A stretch of DNA of 64,000 bases from an uncultured Actinomycetes bacterium. GTDB taxonomy: Bacteria; SZUA-79; Acidulodesulfobacterales; Acidulodesulfobacteraceae. The translations under genes and the position numbers were made by a program. The notes under the pieces were generated by a model. It was not told the origin of the DNA, searched no databases, and saw only the letters and a list, made by a program, of their open reading frames with translations. This document shows, piece by piece, positions 53,170 through 63,464 of this stretch (within the stretch, counting starts at the first letter, position 1; each line of letters opens with the position of its first letter). The stretch is taken from assembly GCA_964631685.1 (NCBI GenBank), contig CAZVZU010000005.1, positions 1 to 64,000 of the forward strand, given 5' to 3'.

Positions 53170-53514
53170 ATGAAAAATTTCATCGTATTGTTTTTTATTG
53201 CAGTAATGTTTATGTTCGGCGCTTCTACTGTTTTTGCCGCTTCGGGCTCATCTCTTTTTAGCTCCGAAGGTTGTATTGCATGTCATGCTATTAATGGACA
53301 GGGCGGCTCTGTTGGACCTGACTTAACACATGTAGGTAGCAGAAGAAGTCTTTCTTGGCTTAAACAACAAATAACAAACCCGTCAGCTCATTTTGCAGCG
53401 GGTAGCATGGCTACAATTAACGGCGCATCTTACATGTCTATCATGCCCGGCCACAAACACATGCCGACATCAAAGCTTGACGCATTGGCAGGGTATCTTA
53501 AATCCTTAAGATAG
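53170..53514 (+). CDS. Periplasmic monoheme cytochrome c
   Basis: Signal peptide; CIACH; GPDLTHVG; distal Met candidate in IMPG. Confidence 0.9.
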   Translation: MKNFIVLFFIAVMFMFGASTVFAASGSSLFSSEGCIACHAINGQGGSVGPDLTHVGSRRSLSWLKQQITNPSAHFAAGSMATINGASYMSIMPGHKHMPTSKLDALAGYLKSLR

Positions 53515-53542
53515 TATTAAAATTTATCGTAATGCATATTAT

Positions 53543-53581
53543 ACCCCCGATTGTTAATATTAATATTCGGGGGGTTTTTTT
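53543..53581 (+). terminator. Rho-independent terminator after cytochrome c
   Basis: CCCCCGA...TCGGGGG stem followed by a T-run. Confidence 0.75.
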
Positions 53582-53704
53582 GTTTTAAAATTCTTGACGA
53601 CTATCCTAATAAATTGTTATAATTGCGGGCATATAAAAAGTTTGTTTCATTACAGCTTGCATGCATCAGGTTGTATATTAATTTGTGTCTCAAATGTGGG
53701 ATTT

Positions 53705-54691
53705 ATGGAATTTGAACTAACCGATAAGAAGATATTAAATATACTGCAAACTGATTTTCCTATCTCTACAAGACCATTCCTTGATATTGCTAATATGGTG
53801 GGTATGACCGAACAAGAGGTTATGGATAGGATTTTAAATTTAAAGAAAATTAGAGTTATAAGGCAGATTAGCGCTATATTTGATTCTTATAACATAGGTT
53901 ATAAAAGCACGTTGGCGGCTTTCAAGGTTGATAATGATGCAGTAGATTTTGCCGCAAATATTATTAGTTCTCACAGCGGTGTTAGCCATAATTATTTAAG
54001 AAATAACAAATACAACATCTGGTTTACTATAACCTTGCCGGCAGAATTTAATCTTGAAAAAGAAATAGGGGTTTTGAGCAGGCAAGCGCATGCTTCGGAT
54101 TATTTAATTCTTCCGACCCTTAAGCTTTTTAAAATAGGTGTTAACTTTGATATGACCGGCGGGGATAACTCGTCTTTTAAGTTTTTTTCTCATGATGATT
54201 TTAGAAGCGATATTGATGTAGGCGTATCTGAGTTAGAAAAAGAATATATAAAGGAGCTACAAAAGGATTTGGAGATTACTTCTATGCCTTTTAAAAAATA
54301 TTCCGAGCGTTTAGGGGTTTCTCAGGATGAACTATTGAAACAGATAAAGGATTTTATAGCCGAAAAGAAAATGAGAAGGTTTGCTTGTGTGTTATATCAT
54401 CAGAAAGCAGGATTTAGCTATAATATAATGGGAATATGGAAATCTAAATCGGAAGATGTTGATAAAAACGGCAAGCTTATGTCTTCTGCTAAAGAGGTAT
54501 CTCATTGCTATCAAAGACCCGTGTATAAGGGCAGATGGGAGTATAATATATTTACCATGATACATACGAAGTCTAAGAATGATGCATCTAAAGTGATGAA
54601 AAATATGTCTGAGCTTACCGGAATAAAGGATTTCGATTCACTGAAAAGCATTAAAGAATTCAAAAAGGTGCGGGTAAAGTACTATGTTTAA
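53705..54691 (+). CDS. ahbAB: Fused siroheme decarboxylase AhbA-AhbB (NirDL/GH-like)
   Basis: Two Lrp-like halves: LQTDFP..RPF, GVSHNYLR, NIWFT; and EVSHCYQRP, YNIFTMIH. Confidence 0.85.
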   Translation: MEFELTDKKILNILQTDFPISTRPFLDIANMVGMTEQEVMDRILNLKKIRVIRQISAIFDSYNIGYKSTLAAFKVDNDAVDFAANIISSHSGVSHNYLRNNKYNIWFTITLPAEFNLEKEIGVLSRQAHASDYLILPTLKLFKIGVNFDMTGGDNSSFKFFSHDDFRSDIDVGVSELEKEYIKELQKDLEITSMPFKKYSERLGVSQDELLKQIKDFIAEKKMRRFACVLYHQKAGFSYNIMGIWKSKSEDVDKNGKLMSSAKEVSHCYQRPVYKGRWEYNIFTMIHTKSKNDASKVMKNMSELTGIKDFDSLKSIKEFKKVRVKYYV

Positions 54692-55292
54692 TCAAAGTGA
54701 GTTATTAACTGAATTCTTCTTATATCCCCTACTATTTTGCTCTGTTATTGCCTTAGCAATCATAATAGAGAGATTTTATAATCTGCGTAAAATTAAAGTA
54801 TTCCCAAAAGAATTTTTGTCAAGCGTAGAAGAATTATTAAGAAAAGGCGATATTGAAAGTGCTAAAAGTGCTTGTCTGTCTGCTAAGACTCCTATTGCAA
54901 GAATATATCTTGCAATCATAGAAAATCGCGATAATTCTATTGACACAATAAAACTTGAGGTCGAAGAGTCAGGGAAGAGGGCCTATCTTGAGCTAGAGAA
55001 AAACTTAGAGGGTTTAAGTGCAATAACTACTGTTTCCCCGCTTTTAGGTCTACTAGGCACGGTTATCGGTATGATAAAGGCGCTTGGCGCGGTTTCCTAT
55101 AAGAGCGGTATTGCGAATCCTCATTTATTGGCATTGGGTATTTCGGAGGCGCTGTATTCAACCGCACTTGGACTTATAATTGCTATAATTTCCTTTTTGT
55201 TTTATAAATATTTTGCCTCTAAAGCATTTAATTTTGGTGCTCTAATGGAGGATACTGCGTCTAATGTTATAACTTTTATTAAGCAGGATTAA
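54684..55292 (+). CDS. MotA/TolQ/ExbB proton channel protein
   Basis: SPLLGLLGTVIGM, GISEALYSTALGL. Confidence 0.9.
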   Translation: MFNQSELLTEFFLYPLLFCSVIALAIIIERFYNLRKIKVFPKEFLSSVEELLRKGDIESAKSACLSAKTPIARIYLAIIENRDNSIDTIKLEVEESGKRAYLELEKNLEGLSAITTVSPLLGLLGTVIGMIKALGAVSYKSGIANPHLLALGISEALYSTALGLIIAIISFLFYKYFASKAFNFGALMEDTASNVITFIKQD

Positions 55293-55321
55293 TTTTCCCC
55301 TCTCTTAGAGGGGAAACAAGA

Positions 55322-55729
55322 GTGTTCAAGATGAAGTTTGCACAACGAAGAAAACCTGATCCGATAATAAATGTAATAAATATGGTTGATGTTTTCTTGA
55401 CTCTTCTCATATTTTTTATGATGACGGCAACGTTAGCTTCCAATTACGGTTTAAAGGTGCATTTGCCTAAATCCGGGGTTAGATCCGTCGCCTCGTCCAG
55501 TAAACCTATTACTATTTATATAACGAAAGGCGGTACAATTTTTTACAAGAAGAGTCAAATGTCTTTAAGCCGGCTTTCTTTATTTTTTAAAAAAATAAAA
55601 GATGATGGTGGGCATCCGACCGTTATTATTAAGGCCGATAGGAAGTCTACGGTGGCAAATATCGTAAATGTTATGAGCTTAAGCGTGAAGTATGGGCTTT
55701 ACAAGATAGCCATTGCAACACAAAAGTAG
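55322..55729 (+). CDS. ExbD/TolR family protein
   Basis: NMVDVFLTLLIFFM, VHLP, IKADR; start at 55322 (GTG) or 55331 (ATG). Confidence 0.88.
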   Translation: MFKMKFAQRRKPDPIINVINMVDVFLTLLIFFMMTATLASNYGLKVHLPKSGVRSVASSSKPITIYITKGGTIFYKKSQMSLSRLSLFFKKIKDDGGHPTVIIKADRKSTVANIVNVMSLSVKYGLYKIAIATQK

Positions 55730-55774
55730 ATTGCGTTAAACTAAAATTAACAATTAATAAGGAGGGTCATTTAC

Positions 55775-57067
55775 TTGATAGAAAGGTATTCTTTGCCGGA
55801 AATTTCAAAAATATGGTCTTTGGAAAACAAGTATGAGATGTGGCTCAAAGTAGAGCTCGCTGTGTGTTCTGCTTATAATAAGTTTGGCAAAATTCCAAAT
55901 GATTCGTTTGATAACATAATCAAAAACGCAAGATTTAATCTTATTGAGATTGAGGAAGTAGAACGTATTACAAGACATGATGTAATTGCGTTTTTGACCA
56001 ATGTTGCAAAATATGTCGGGGAAGATTCGAGATTTATTCATCTTGGATTAACATCGTCAGATGTTGGTGACACATCATTTTCTTTAATTTTAAAACAGGC
56101 ACTAGAACTAATTCTTAAAAAGGTCGAAGCTCTCAGGGATTCATTAAAAAATCAGGCGGCAAGACATAAATTTACCCCTATGATGGGTAGGACGCACGGA
56201 ATTCATGCAGAACCTGTTACGTTTGGTTTTAAATTGCTGATATTTTATGAAGAGATTAAGAGGGCTGAAAAAAGAATCAAAGATGCTATCTTATCTATTT
56301 CTTACGGTAAACTTTCCGGGGCAGTAGGAACTTATGCCAACATACCCCCGGATGTCGAGCATGACGCCCTAAATATACTTGGTTTAAAATCTATTTTATC
56401 TAATCAGGTTATCCAAAGGGATGTTTATGCTGATGCCTTTTATGCCATTGCTGTCCTTGGCGCTTCATGTGAAAAAATTGCTCTTGATATTAGGCACCTG
56501 ATGAGGACTGAGGTTTCAGAAATAGAAGAGCCTTTTACTGCAGGACAAAAAGGTTCTTCTGCTATGCCGCACAAGAAAAACCCCATCGTATCTGAAAATA
56601 TTTGCGGTCTTTCAAGGATATTAAGGTCCAATCTTATTTCCGCTCTGGAGAATGTTCCACTTTGGCACGAGAGGGATATATCGCACTCGTCGGTTGAGAG
56701 AATTATAGGACCAGATTCTACGATTTTAGCATATTATATTGTTAGTCAGTTAACCTACCTGATTGATAACATGAATGTAAATGAGGACAATATGCTTAAA
56801 AACATGAATTTAACAAAAGGGGTTATTTTCTCACAAAAAGTTCTTCTATCGTTAGTGAACAAAGGCATGTTAAGGGAAGATGCTTATAAAATAGTCCAGC
56901 AATTGGCGCATGAAAGCATTCAGATCCATACAAATTTTAAAGATTTATTGAAAAAAGATGCTGCGGTTTTAAAGCATTTAACCGTTAAAGAGATTGATGA
57001 CATTTTTGATACGAACTACTATTTTAAGTATATTGATTATATTTTTGATAAGTATGCTAATATTTAA
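55775..57067 (+). CDS. purB: Adenylosuccinate lyase
   Basis: TRHDVIAF, GRTHGIHAEP, GSSAMPHKKNP, WHERDISHSS; TTG start with AGGAGG SD. Confidence 0.97.
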   Translation: MIERYSLPEISKIWSLENKYEMWLKVELAVCSAYNKFGKIPNDSFDNIIKNARFNLIEIEEVERITRHDVIAFLTNVAKYVGEDSRFIHLGLTSSDVGDTSFSLILKQALELILKKVEALRDSLKNQAARHKFTPMMGRTHGIHAEPVTFGFKLLIFYEEIKRAEKRIKDAILSISYGKLSGAVGTYANIPPDVEHDALNILGLKSILSNQVIQRDVYADAFYAIAVLGASCEKIALDIRHLMRTEVSEIEEPFTAGQKGSSAMPHKKNPIVSENICGLSRILRSNLISALENVPLWHERDISHSSVERIIGPDSTILAYYIVSQLTYLIDNMNVNEDNMLKNMNLTKGVIFSQKVLLSLVNKGMLREDAYKIVQQLAHESIQIHTNFKDLLKKDAAVLKHLTVKEIDDIFDTNYYFKYIDYIFDKYANI

Positions 57068-57122
57068 TACCTGCGTACCATCCGTATTAAATTTATTTGT
57101 GCCATGTTATGAGGGGGGGGTA

Positions 57123-57383
57123 ATGAGCAAGAAAGCAATGATTAAAATAACATTAAAGGATGAAGTTCTTGACCCACAAGGAAAAGCGGTTTTATCCATA
57201 TTGAAATCTTCAGGCTACGATAATATTAAAAATGTTAGGATTGGAAAGTATATTGAGATTTTTATCGACGATAAAAAAGATAGTAAAAATGAGGGAAACA
57301 CTTTAGATAAAGAAATATATGAAATATCAGAGAAGATTTTGTCTAATCCGCTAATAGAAGAATTTAGTATTACAACTAAATAA
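57123..57383 (+). CDS. purS: FGAM synthase subunit PurS
   Basis: LKDEVLDPQGKAV, VRIGK, LSNPLIE; ATG 57123 after a G-rich SD. Confidence 0.93.
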   Translation: MSKKAMIKITLKDEVLDPQGKAVLSILKSSGYDNIKNVRIGKYIEIFIDDKKDSKNEGNTLDKEIYEISEKILSNPLIEEFSITTK

Positions 57384-57445
57384 AATTAATAGTCAACCAT
57401 AGTCTTTGCCTTCGGGGCATGAAGATACATAACAAGGAAGAATAA

Positions 57446-58165
57446 ATGAATAACGGCAATATAAAAGCGGGAATAACCGTTTTTCCCGGTTCAAACTGCG
57501 ATTTTGATGTTCACCATGTTTTAGCCGATATTTTTAATGTAGATGCCTCTTACATTTGGCATAAAGATAAACTTAAAAGTTGTCGCGAGTATGATTTTAT
57601 AGTTATTCCGGGTGGATTTTCTTACGGTGATTATTTGAGATCGGGCGCCCTTGCCGCAAGAAGTGAAATAATGGGATTATTAACCGATTATGCCTACAAT
57701 GGTGGCATAATACTTGGTATTTGCAACGGTTTTCAGATACTTTTAGAGGCAAAACTACTAGACGGGGTCATGCTAAGGAACAACTCTTTGAAGTTTGAAT
57801 GCAAGGATGTTTATCTGAAACCGCTAAATAGGGACACGCCTTTTACCTGTGCAATAAAAAACGATGACATTGCGCTTAGGATGCCTATCGCCCACCATGA
57901 TGGAAACTATTTCACGACATCCGATATCATTAACGATCCAAAGAAGAATAAGAATATTATATTTAAATATTGCGATGTAAACGGGAATATAACGGAAGAT
58001 GCAAACCCAAACGGTTCGCTCTATAATATAGCCGGTATTTCAAATGAGAAGTATAATGTGATGGGGCTTATGCCTCATCCCGAGAGATCATCAGAAAAAT
58101 TACTCGGCAGTGAAGATGGCGGGTATATTTTTAAATCTATAATAAAATATGTCAAAGAAAAATAA
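57446..58165 (+). CDS. purQ: FGAM synthase glutaminase subunit PurQ
   Basis: FPGSNC, PGGFSYGDYLR, GICNGFQIL, NPNGS, MPHPER. Confidence 0.96.
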   Translation: MNNGNIKAGITVFPGSNCDFDVHHVLADIFNVDASYIWHKDKLKSCREYDFIVIPGGFSYGDYLRSGALAARSEIMGLLTDYAYNGGIILGICNGFQILLEAKLLDGVMLRNNSLKFECKDVYLKPLNRDTPFTCAIKNDDIALRMPIAHHDGNYFTTSDIINDPKKNKNIIFKYCDVNGNITEDANPNGSLYNIAGISNEKYNVMGLMPHPERSSEKLLGSEDGGYIFKSIIKYVKEK

Positions 58166-58227
58166 ATAAGAGCGATACTCTTATCATGTTTCCCCTTCTT
58201 AAGGGGAAGAGTTAAGGAAGAGGCGAG

Positions 58228-60492
58228 ATGGTAATAAAATCGAAAAGCAAAAAACAAATGGAAAATTATAAATTATTTGGTTTATCGTCAGATGAGTATA
58301 AGAAAATAGGCGAGCTATTAAAACATGACCCGGATGATTTTGAACTTGGAATATTTTCTGCGATGTGGTCTGAGCATTGCTCATACAAAAGCTCAAAGAT
58401 TTATCTTAAGACACTGCCGCAAACGGGAGAAAATATTGTTATAGGGCCGGGTGAAAATGCTGGGGTTATAGATTTTGGCGACGAAGATGTTCTTGTTTTT
58501 AAGATGGAAAGCCATAATCATCCATCCTTTATAGAACCGTTTCAAGGATCAGCTACGGGTGTCGGCGGTATTATGAGAGATATTTTTACCATGGGTGCTC
58601 GTCCAATTGCGAACCTTAATTCATTGCGATTTGGGAGCTGTTTTAACACGAAAACACCTTATTATGTTTCTGAGGTTGTTAAAGGGGTTGGTTTTTATGG
58701 GAATTGCATGGGCGTTCCGACTGTTGGTGGAGAGGTTGTTTTTGATAAATGTTATGACGATAATATATTAGTGAACGCATTCACCATAGGAATAGCAAAA
58801 AAAGATGGGATATTTTTATCTTCAAAGTGTAAAGTTGGGAATATCGTTGTTTATGTCGGTTCTGCGACAGGGATGGATGGGATACACGGGGCAACAATGG
58901 CTTCTGAAGAGTTTGACTCAAAAAAGAATAAAAAAAGAAGCACTGTGCAAGTGGGAGATCCTTTTACTGAAAAGTTATTGTTAGAGGCATGCTTGGAGGC
59001 AATGGATAAAAAACTTATAGTTTCTATCCAAGATATGGGAGCTGCAGGTATTACAAGCTCATCATTTGAAATGGCGGATAAAAGTGGACATGGTATGATT
59101 ATTGACCTTAATGCTTTTCCGTTACGAGCGGTCGATATGACGCCGGTTGATATTATGCTTTCTGAATCACAGGAACGAATGCTTCTTGCGTGCGAAAAAG
59201 AGCATTTAGACGAATTAAGCGATATTTTTGATAAGTGGGGTTTAAATTGTGTGAGAGTGGGAGAGGTTATAGACGAAAAAATAATAAAATTTTATTATAA
59301 TTCCAAACCGTACAAATCTCTTGATGTAGATATTGTTGTTAATGGTCCTGTTTATGACAGGCCTAAGAAGAAACCAGAGTATTTGCATAAAATATTGCCA
59401 TTAGAAATTAATAATTACGAAATCTCAAAAAATTTCAATGAGATAGCAGAAAAGTTAATAACACATCCAAATATAGCATCCAAAAGACGAGTTTTTACAC
59501 AATACGATTATACTATCGGTACAAATACAGTGGTGCCGCCTGGTTTTTCTGCTGCAACATTAAGGGTTAAGGGAAAGGACAAAATAAACAAAGGATTTTT
59601 ATTGAATGTTAGCGGTAATTCCAGATACGCTTATTTGAATCCATACATGGGCGGAGCGCTATCCGTAGTAGAATGTGCTAGAAATATCGTTGCCTGCGGT
59701 GGCGATCCCATTGCGGTTACTGACTGCCTTAACTTTGCCAGTCCTGAAGATCCGGAAATAATGTGGCAATTTAGTGAGGTTGTCAGGGGCATTAAGGATG
59801 CTACTATAAAATTAAATACGCCGGTTATAGGTGGAAATGTTAGTTTTTATAATGAAACCGCAAAAAAAGAAGGCGAGAATATTGTAGTTTCTAAAATTAA
59901 TCCTACCCCTGTTATTGGAATGGTGGGTTTTATAAAAGATGTAAATAAAGTAGTAACACCGTATTTTAAAGATGAAGGTGACGATATTTTTCTGTTGGGC
60001 AGGCTTAGAGGGGATCTGGGTGGCAGTTTATATATGGATTTAATGTACAAGGATTTTCATCAGAAGCCTTCCGAAATAGATTTAGACTATGAGATAGGAC
60101 TACAACGTTGTATCAGGTCATTGATAAATATGAATATAATTGAAAGTGCTACAGATATAAGCGAAGGGGGCATCTTCGTTGCTTTAGCGGAGAGTTCCAT
60201 TATAAATCCGAATAAATCCTTAGGGTTTACGGTTAATTTACACATTGAAGGGCTAAGAGATGATGCTGCTTTGTTTTCTGAATTTGAACAGGCTTTCATT
60301 ATAACATCTAAAAGAAGTAGTGAACAAAACCTGTTAAATGCGGCAAGAGATTCCGATATAAGCTTGTTAAAGATAGGTGTCGTTGGTAAGCATGTGATGA
60401 AAATTAATAACACAATAGATCTGAAAAGTGATAAAATAAAGCACGGCTACGATTCAGCTTTAGGAGATATTATGAGTAGGGCACACGTATAA
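58228..60492 (+). CDS. purL: FGAM synthase subunit PurL (small type)
   Basis: [38 protein letters not shown]. Confidence 0.97.
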   Translation: MVIKSKSKKQMENYKLFGLSSDEYKKIGELLKHDPDDFELGIFSAMWSEHCSYKSSKIYLKTLPQTGENIVIGPGENAGVIDFGDEDVLVFKMESHNHPSFIEPFQGSATGVGGIMRDIFTMGARPIANLNSLRFGSCFNTKTPYYVSEVVKGVGFYGNCMGVPTVGGEVVFDKCYDDNILVNAFTIGIAKKDGIFLSSKCKVGNIVVYVGSATGMDGIHGATMASEEFDSKKNKKRSTVQVGDPFTEKLLLEACLEAMDKKLIVSIQDMGAAGITSSSFEMADKSGHGMIIDLNAFPLRAVDMTPVDIMLSESQERMLLACEKEHLDELSDIFDKWGLNCVRVGEVIDEKIIKFYYNSKPYKSLDVDIVVNGPVYDRPKKKPEYLHKILPLEINNYEISKNFNEIAEKLITHPNIASKRRVFTQYDYTIGTNTVVPPGFSAATLRVKGKDKINKGFLLNVSGNSRYAYLNPYMGGALSVVECARNIVACGGDPIAVTDCLNFASPEDPEIMWQFSEVVRGIKDATIKLNTPVIGGNVSFYNETAKKEGENIVVSKINPTPVIGMVGFIKDVNKVVTPYFKDEGDDIFLLGRLRGDLGGSLYMDLMYKDFHQKPSEIDLDYEIGLQRCIRSLINMNIIESATDISEGGIFVALAESSIINPNKSLGFTVNLHIEGLRDDAALFSEFEQAFIITSKRSSEQNLLNAARDSDISLLKIGVVGKHVMKINNTIDLKSDKIKHGYDSALGDIMSRAHV

Positions 60493-60637
60493 CAAGACAT
60501 TAGCTGCTAAAAAAACAAAATTAGCCGACCAATTTTTTCTGCGTGCATGCAATAAAAGAATATATGCTATTTTTGGCGATGTGCTGAATATATACGGAAA
60601 TTTCTTATATACTAAATAAAGTAAGGGGTGTTCCAGG

Positions 60638-62059
60638 ATGGATGAGGTTAGGGAAGAATGTGGTGTATTTGGCGTGTATGGTCACGACGAAGCGCCCAAT
60701 ATAACGTATCTTGGGCTCTATGCTCTTCAGCATAGAGGGCAGGAATCATGCGGGATAGCCTCGTCTGATAATAAGCATATTTATTATCATAAGGGTTTGG
60801 GGCTCGTTAATGATGTTTTTGAGGGAAATACGCTTTCTCAATTAAAGGGTAAGAATGCAATAGGACATGTTAGATATTCCACTTCAGGAGAAGCACTTAT
60901 TAAAAATGCTCAGCCCTTGGTTGTTGATTACTACCATGGTTCGATAGCTGTTTCCCATAACGGTAATTTAACAAATGCCCATAAAATTAAAAGAGATATC
61001 GAAGAAAGGGGTTCGATATTTTCCTCCACATCCGATACCGAGGTTGTGATTCACCTTATAGCATCTTTAAGTAACGGAGGTCTCGTTGATAACGACCTTA
61101 CCGATAGGATTATTAACTCTCTAATGAAACTAACCGGTGCGTACTCGTTCCTGTTTTTATCTGAAAAAGAAATGGTAGCAGCGAGGGATCCCTTTGGTTT
61201 CAGACCCCTTGTAATGGGAAAAATAAACAATTCTATAATTTTCGCATCCGAAACTTGTGCATTAGATTTGATAAATGCTGTATATATAAGAGATGTAGAA
61301 CCCGGAGAAGTGATATTGGTAAATGAGGAAGGTATTCGTAGTATATTTCCGTTTGAAGAGCAAAAAAGATCAAGTTGCGTTTTTGAATTAATATATTTTT
61401 CGAGACCAGATAGTATGTTCAACGGCAAGTCTATCTATAAACATAGAATACAAATGGGCGTTGAGCTTGCAAAAGAATCGTATGTAAATGCCGATATCGT
61501 AATACCGGTTCCTGATTCAGGAGTCCCTGCCGCATTGGGATTTGCTAAAGAATCAGGTATTGATTTTGAGATGGGTTTTACAAGGAACCATTATGTCGGC
61601 AGAACATTTATAGAGCCTAAAAAAACTATAAGGCATTTTGGCGTAAAGGTTAAGCTTAATCCTGTTTCCGATGTTATTGCGGGTAAAAGGGTTGTCGTTG
61701 TGGATGATTCCATTGTCAGGGGTACAACATCAAAAAAGATAGTAGATATGTTGAAGCTTGCCGGAGCTAAAGAGATTCATCTCCGTCTTAGTTCCCCTAT
61801 GGTTACTACTCCTTGTTTTTATGGCATAGATACGCCCGTCAAAGATGAACTTATAGCTTCTAAATATACCGTAGATGAAATAAATGCCGAATTCAACACA
61901 GATTCGACAAATTTTTTGTCCCTGGAGGGATTAAAAAGGGCAGTGGGGGACGGAGTAAATTTTTGTGATGCATGTTTTTCCGGGGTATACCCCGAGACGA
62001 TATACGACGAAAGCATTGGTGGCTTTCAGCTTAAATTATTCAGCAGAGAGGTGTTTTAA
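60638..62059 (+). CDS. purF: Amidophosphoribosyltransferase (propeptide, Fe-S type)
   Basis: EECGVFG, QHRGQE, GHVRYST, VDDSIVRGTT, CVFE, PCFYG, CDAC. Confidence 0.97.
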   Translation: MDEVREECGVFGVYGHDEAPNITYLGLYALQHRGQESCGIASSDNKHIYYHKGLGLVNDVFEGNTLSQLKGKNAIGHVRYSTSGEALIKNAQPLVVDYYHGSIAVSHNGNLTNAHKIKRDIEERGSIFSSTSDTEVVIHLIASLSNGGLVDNDLTDRIINSLMKLTGAYSFLFLSEKEMVAARDPFGFRPLVMGKINNSIIFASETCALDLINAVYIRDVEPGEVILVNEEGIRSIFPFEEQKRSSCVFELIYFSRPDSMFNGKSIYKHRIQMGVELAKESYVNADIVIPVPDSGVPAALGFAKESGIDFEMGFTRNHYVGRTFIEPKKTIRHFGVKVKLNPVSDVIAGKRVVVVDDSIVRGTTSKKIVDMLKLAGAKEIHLRLSSPMVTTPCFYGIDTPVKDELIASKYTVDEINAEFNTDSTNFLSLEGLKRAVGDGVNFCDACFSGVYPETIYDESIGGFQLKLFSREVF

Positions 62060-62093
62060 TCTCTTAACTTTAATAAGCTTAATCTTTATACTT

Positions 62094-62711
62094 ATGAAAA
62101 ATTCAAGAGAGGTAGTACTGTCCGCTATAAGATCTCTTTGTTACGAAAGAAGGGAGTTTACGTTGGCTTCCGGTAAGAAAAGTGATTTTTATATTGATTT
62201 AAGAACCATTTCTTTTGATGGCAACTATCTGTTCCACATTGGAAAAATGCTCTATGAGGATCTTAAAAATCATCCGGATTTAAATTTCTCGGTTTTAGCT
62301 GGTATTCCCGTCGGCGGGTTACCCCTTGTTTCTTCGATGACTATCGTTTGTTCCTTAGATAATTCTGCCGATACGGTGAAATTTGGCGGGGTATCTTCTA
62401 CTCAGGGGCGTTCGCTCGGTTTATTAAAATCTGTTGTGATACGAAAAGAAAAGAAGGGTTACGGTAAAGGAAATCTTATTGAACCGACACAATTTTTGTC
62501 TAAAGGATGCAAAATTCTTATTGTAGAAGATGTTGTTACCACGGGCGGTTCTATATTAGTAGCGGTAAAAAGCGCAAGGGCGGAGGGCTATGACATTACG
62601 GATGCTCTTTGCGTAGTTGATAGAAATGAGGGTGGCAAAGAGAATTTACAGAAAAACGGCGTTACTCTGCATTCTATCTTTTCTAAGAGCGATATAGAAC
62701 AAAGTTGTTAA
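62094..62711 (+). CDS. pyrE: Orotate phosphoribosyltransferase
   Basis: FTLASGKKSDFYID, IRKEKKGYG, VEDVVTTGGS, VVDR; ATG 62094 avoids overlap with purF. Confidence 0.92.
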   Translation: MKNSREVVLSAIRSLCYERREFTLASGKKSDFYIDLRTISFDGNYLFHIGKMLYEDLKNHPDLNFSVLAGIPVGGLPLVSSMTIVCSLDNSADTVKFGGVSSTQGRSLGLLKSVVIRKEKKGYGKGNLIEPTQFLSKGCKILIVEDVVTTGGSILVAVKSARAEGYDITDALCVVDRNEGGKENLQKNGVTLHSIFSKSDIEQSC

Positions 62712-62748
62712 AATATTTAACGTATTTATATTTATCTATTAAAAAGTT

Positions 62749-63435
62749 ATGGTGAAAATAATGCAAAGTAAACACAGTTTATCGGCAGTTTTTTTTGTTT
62801 TAATTCTAATTTTGCTTGTGTCTTCATCGTTTGATCTTTCCGGTTGTTCTTTTGCTCCGTTATCTAAGCCCTATATGTACAATAGTCGTCTTCTTCCGGG
62901 AAAATTTAGTTACAATACATCTTTAAAAAATTGGACCAGAAAGGTGAATATTTATAATAGGTTTGATACGGTCATGCTTCTCAGAGCGACATACTTCAAT
63001 GCCCCGTTCAGGTATGCCTATGTGATGGAATATTCAAAATATTACATGCTAACAAAGAAGGGTTTTAAGAAAAGGCTTGATAAGTCATATTCCAGCCTCA
63101 ATAAATATATTAAGTTTTTTGTCTCAGTTTATACCCCTTTAAAAGATTATAATGATTTAGACTCGGTTCATTCAATATGGTTAGTTTACTTAATGAATGA
63201 TAAGGGTGAGAGCCTTTTGCCGATTAGTATAAAGCCGGCACCACAGAAGAGGGTGTTTTTAAAAACTTTTTTCCCCTATGTGACGGATTGGTCAAAGCAG
63301 TACATTATTAAATTTCCAAGATACTATAGCAAAAGTAGTAAAAAGTTACTGATAAATCCGTCTACCGAATGGATTAAATTAATTATTACAGGCGTGAGCG
63401 GCAGAGCTGTCTTAAAGTGGAATTTTAACAATTAA
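62749..63435 (+). CDS. Putative lipoprotein
   Basis: Hydrophobic signal ending in lipobox LSGC; very basic mature part. Confidence 0.65.
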   Translation: MVKIMQSKHSLSAVFFVLILILLVSSSFDLSGCSFAPLSKPYMYNSRLLPGKFSYNTSLKNWTRKVNIYNRFDTVMLLRATYFNAPFRYAYVMEYSKYYMLTKKGFKKRLDKSYSSLNKYIKFFVSVYTPLKDYNDLDSVHSIWLVYLMNDKGESLLPISIKPAPQKRVFLKTFFPYVTDWSKQYIIKFPRYYSKSSKKLLINPSTEWIKLIITGVSGRAVLKWNFNN

Positions 63436-63464
63436 CTGTATTCCTTAATCTGCTTAATTAGTTT

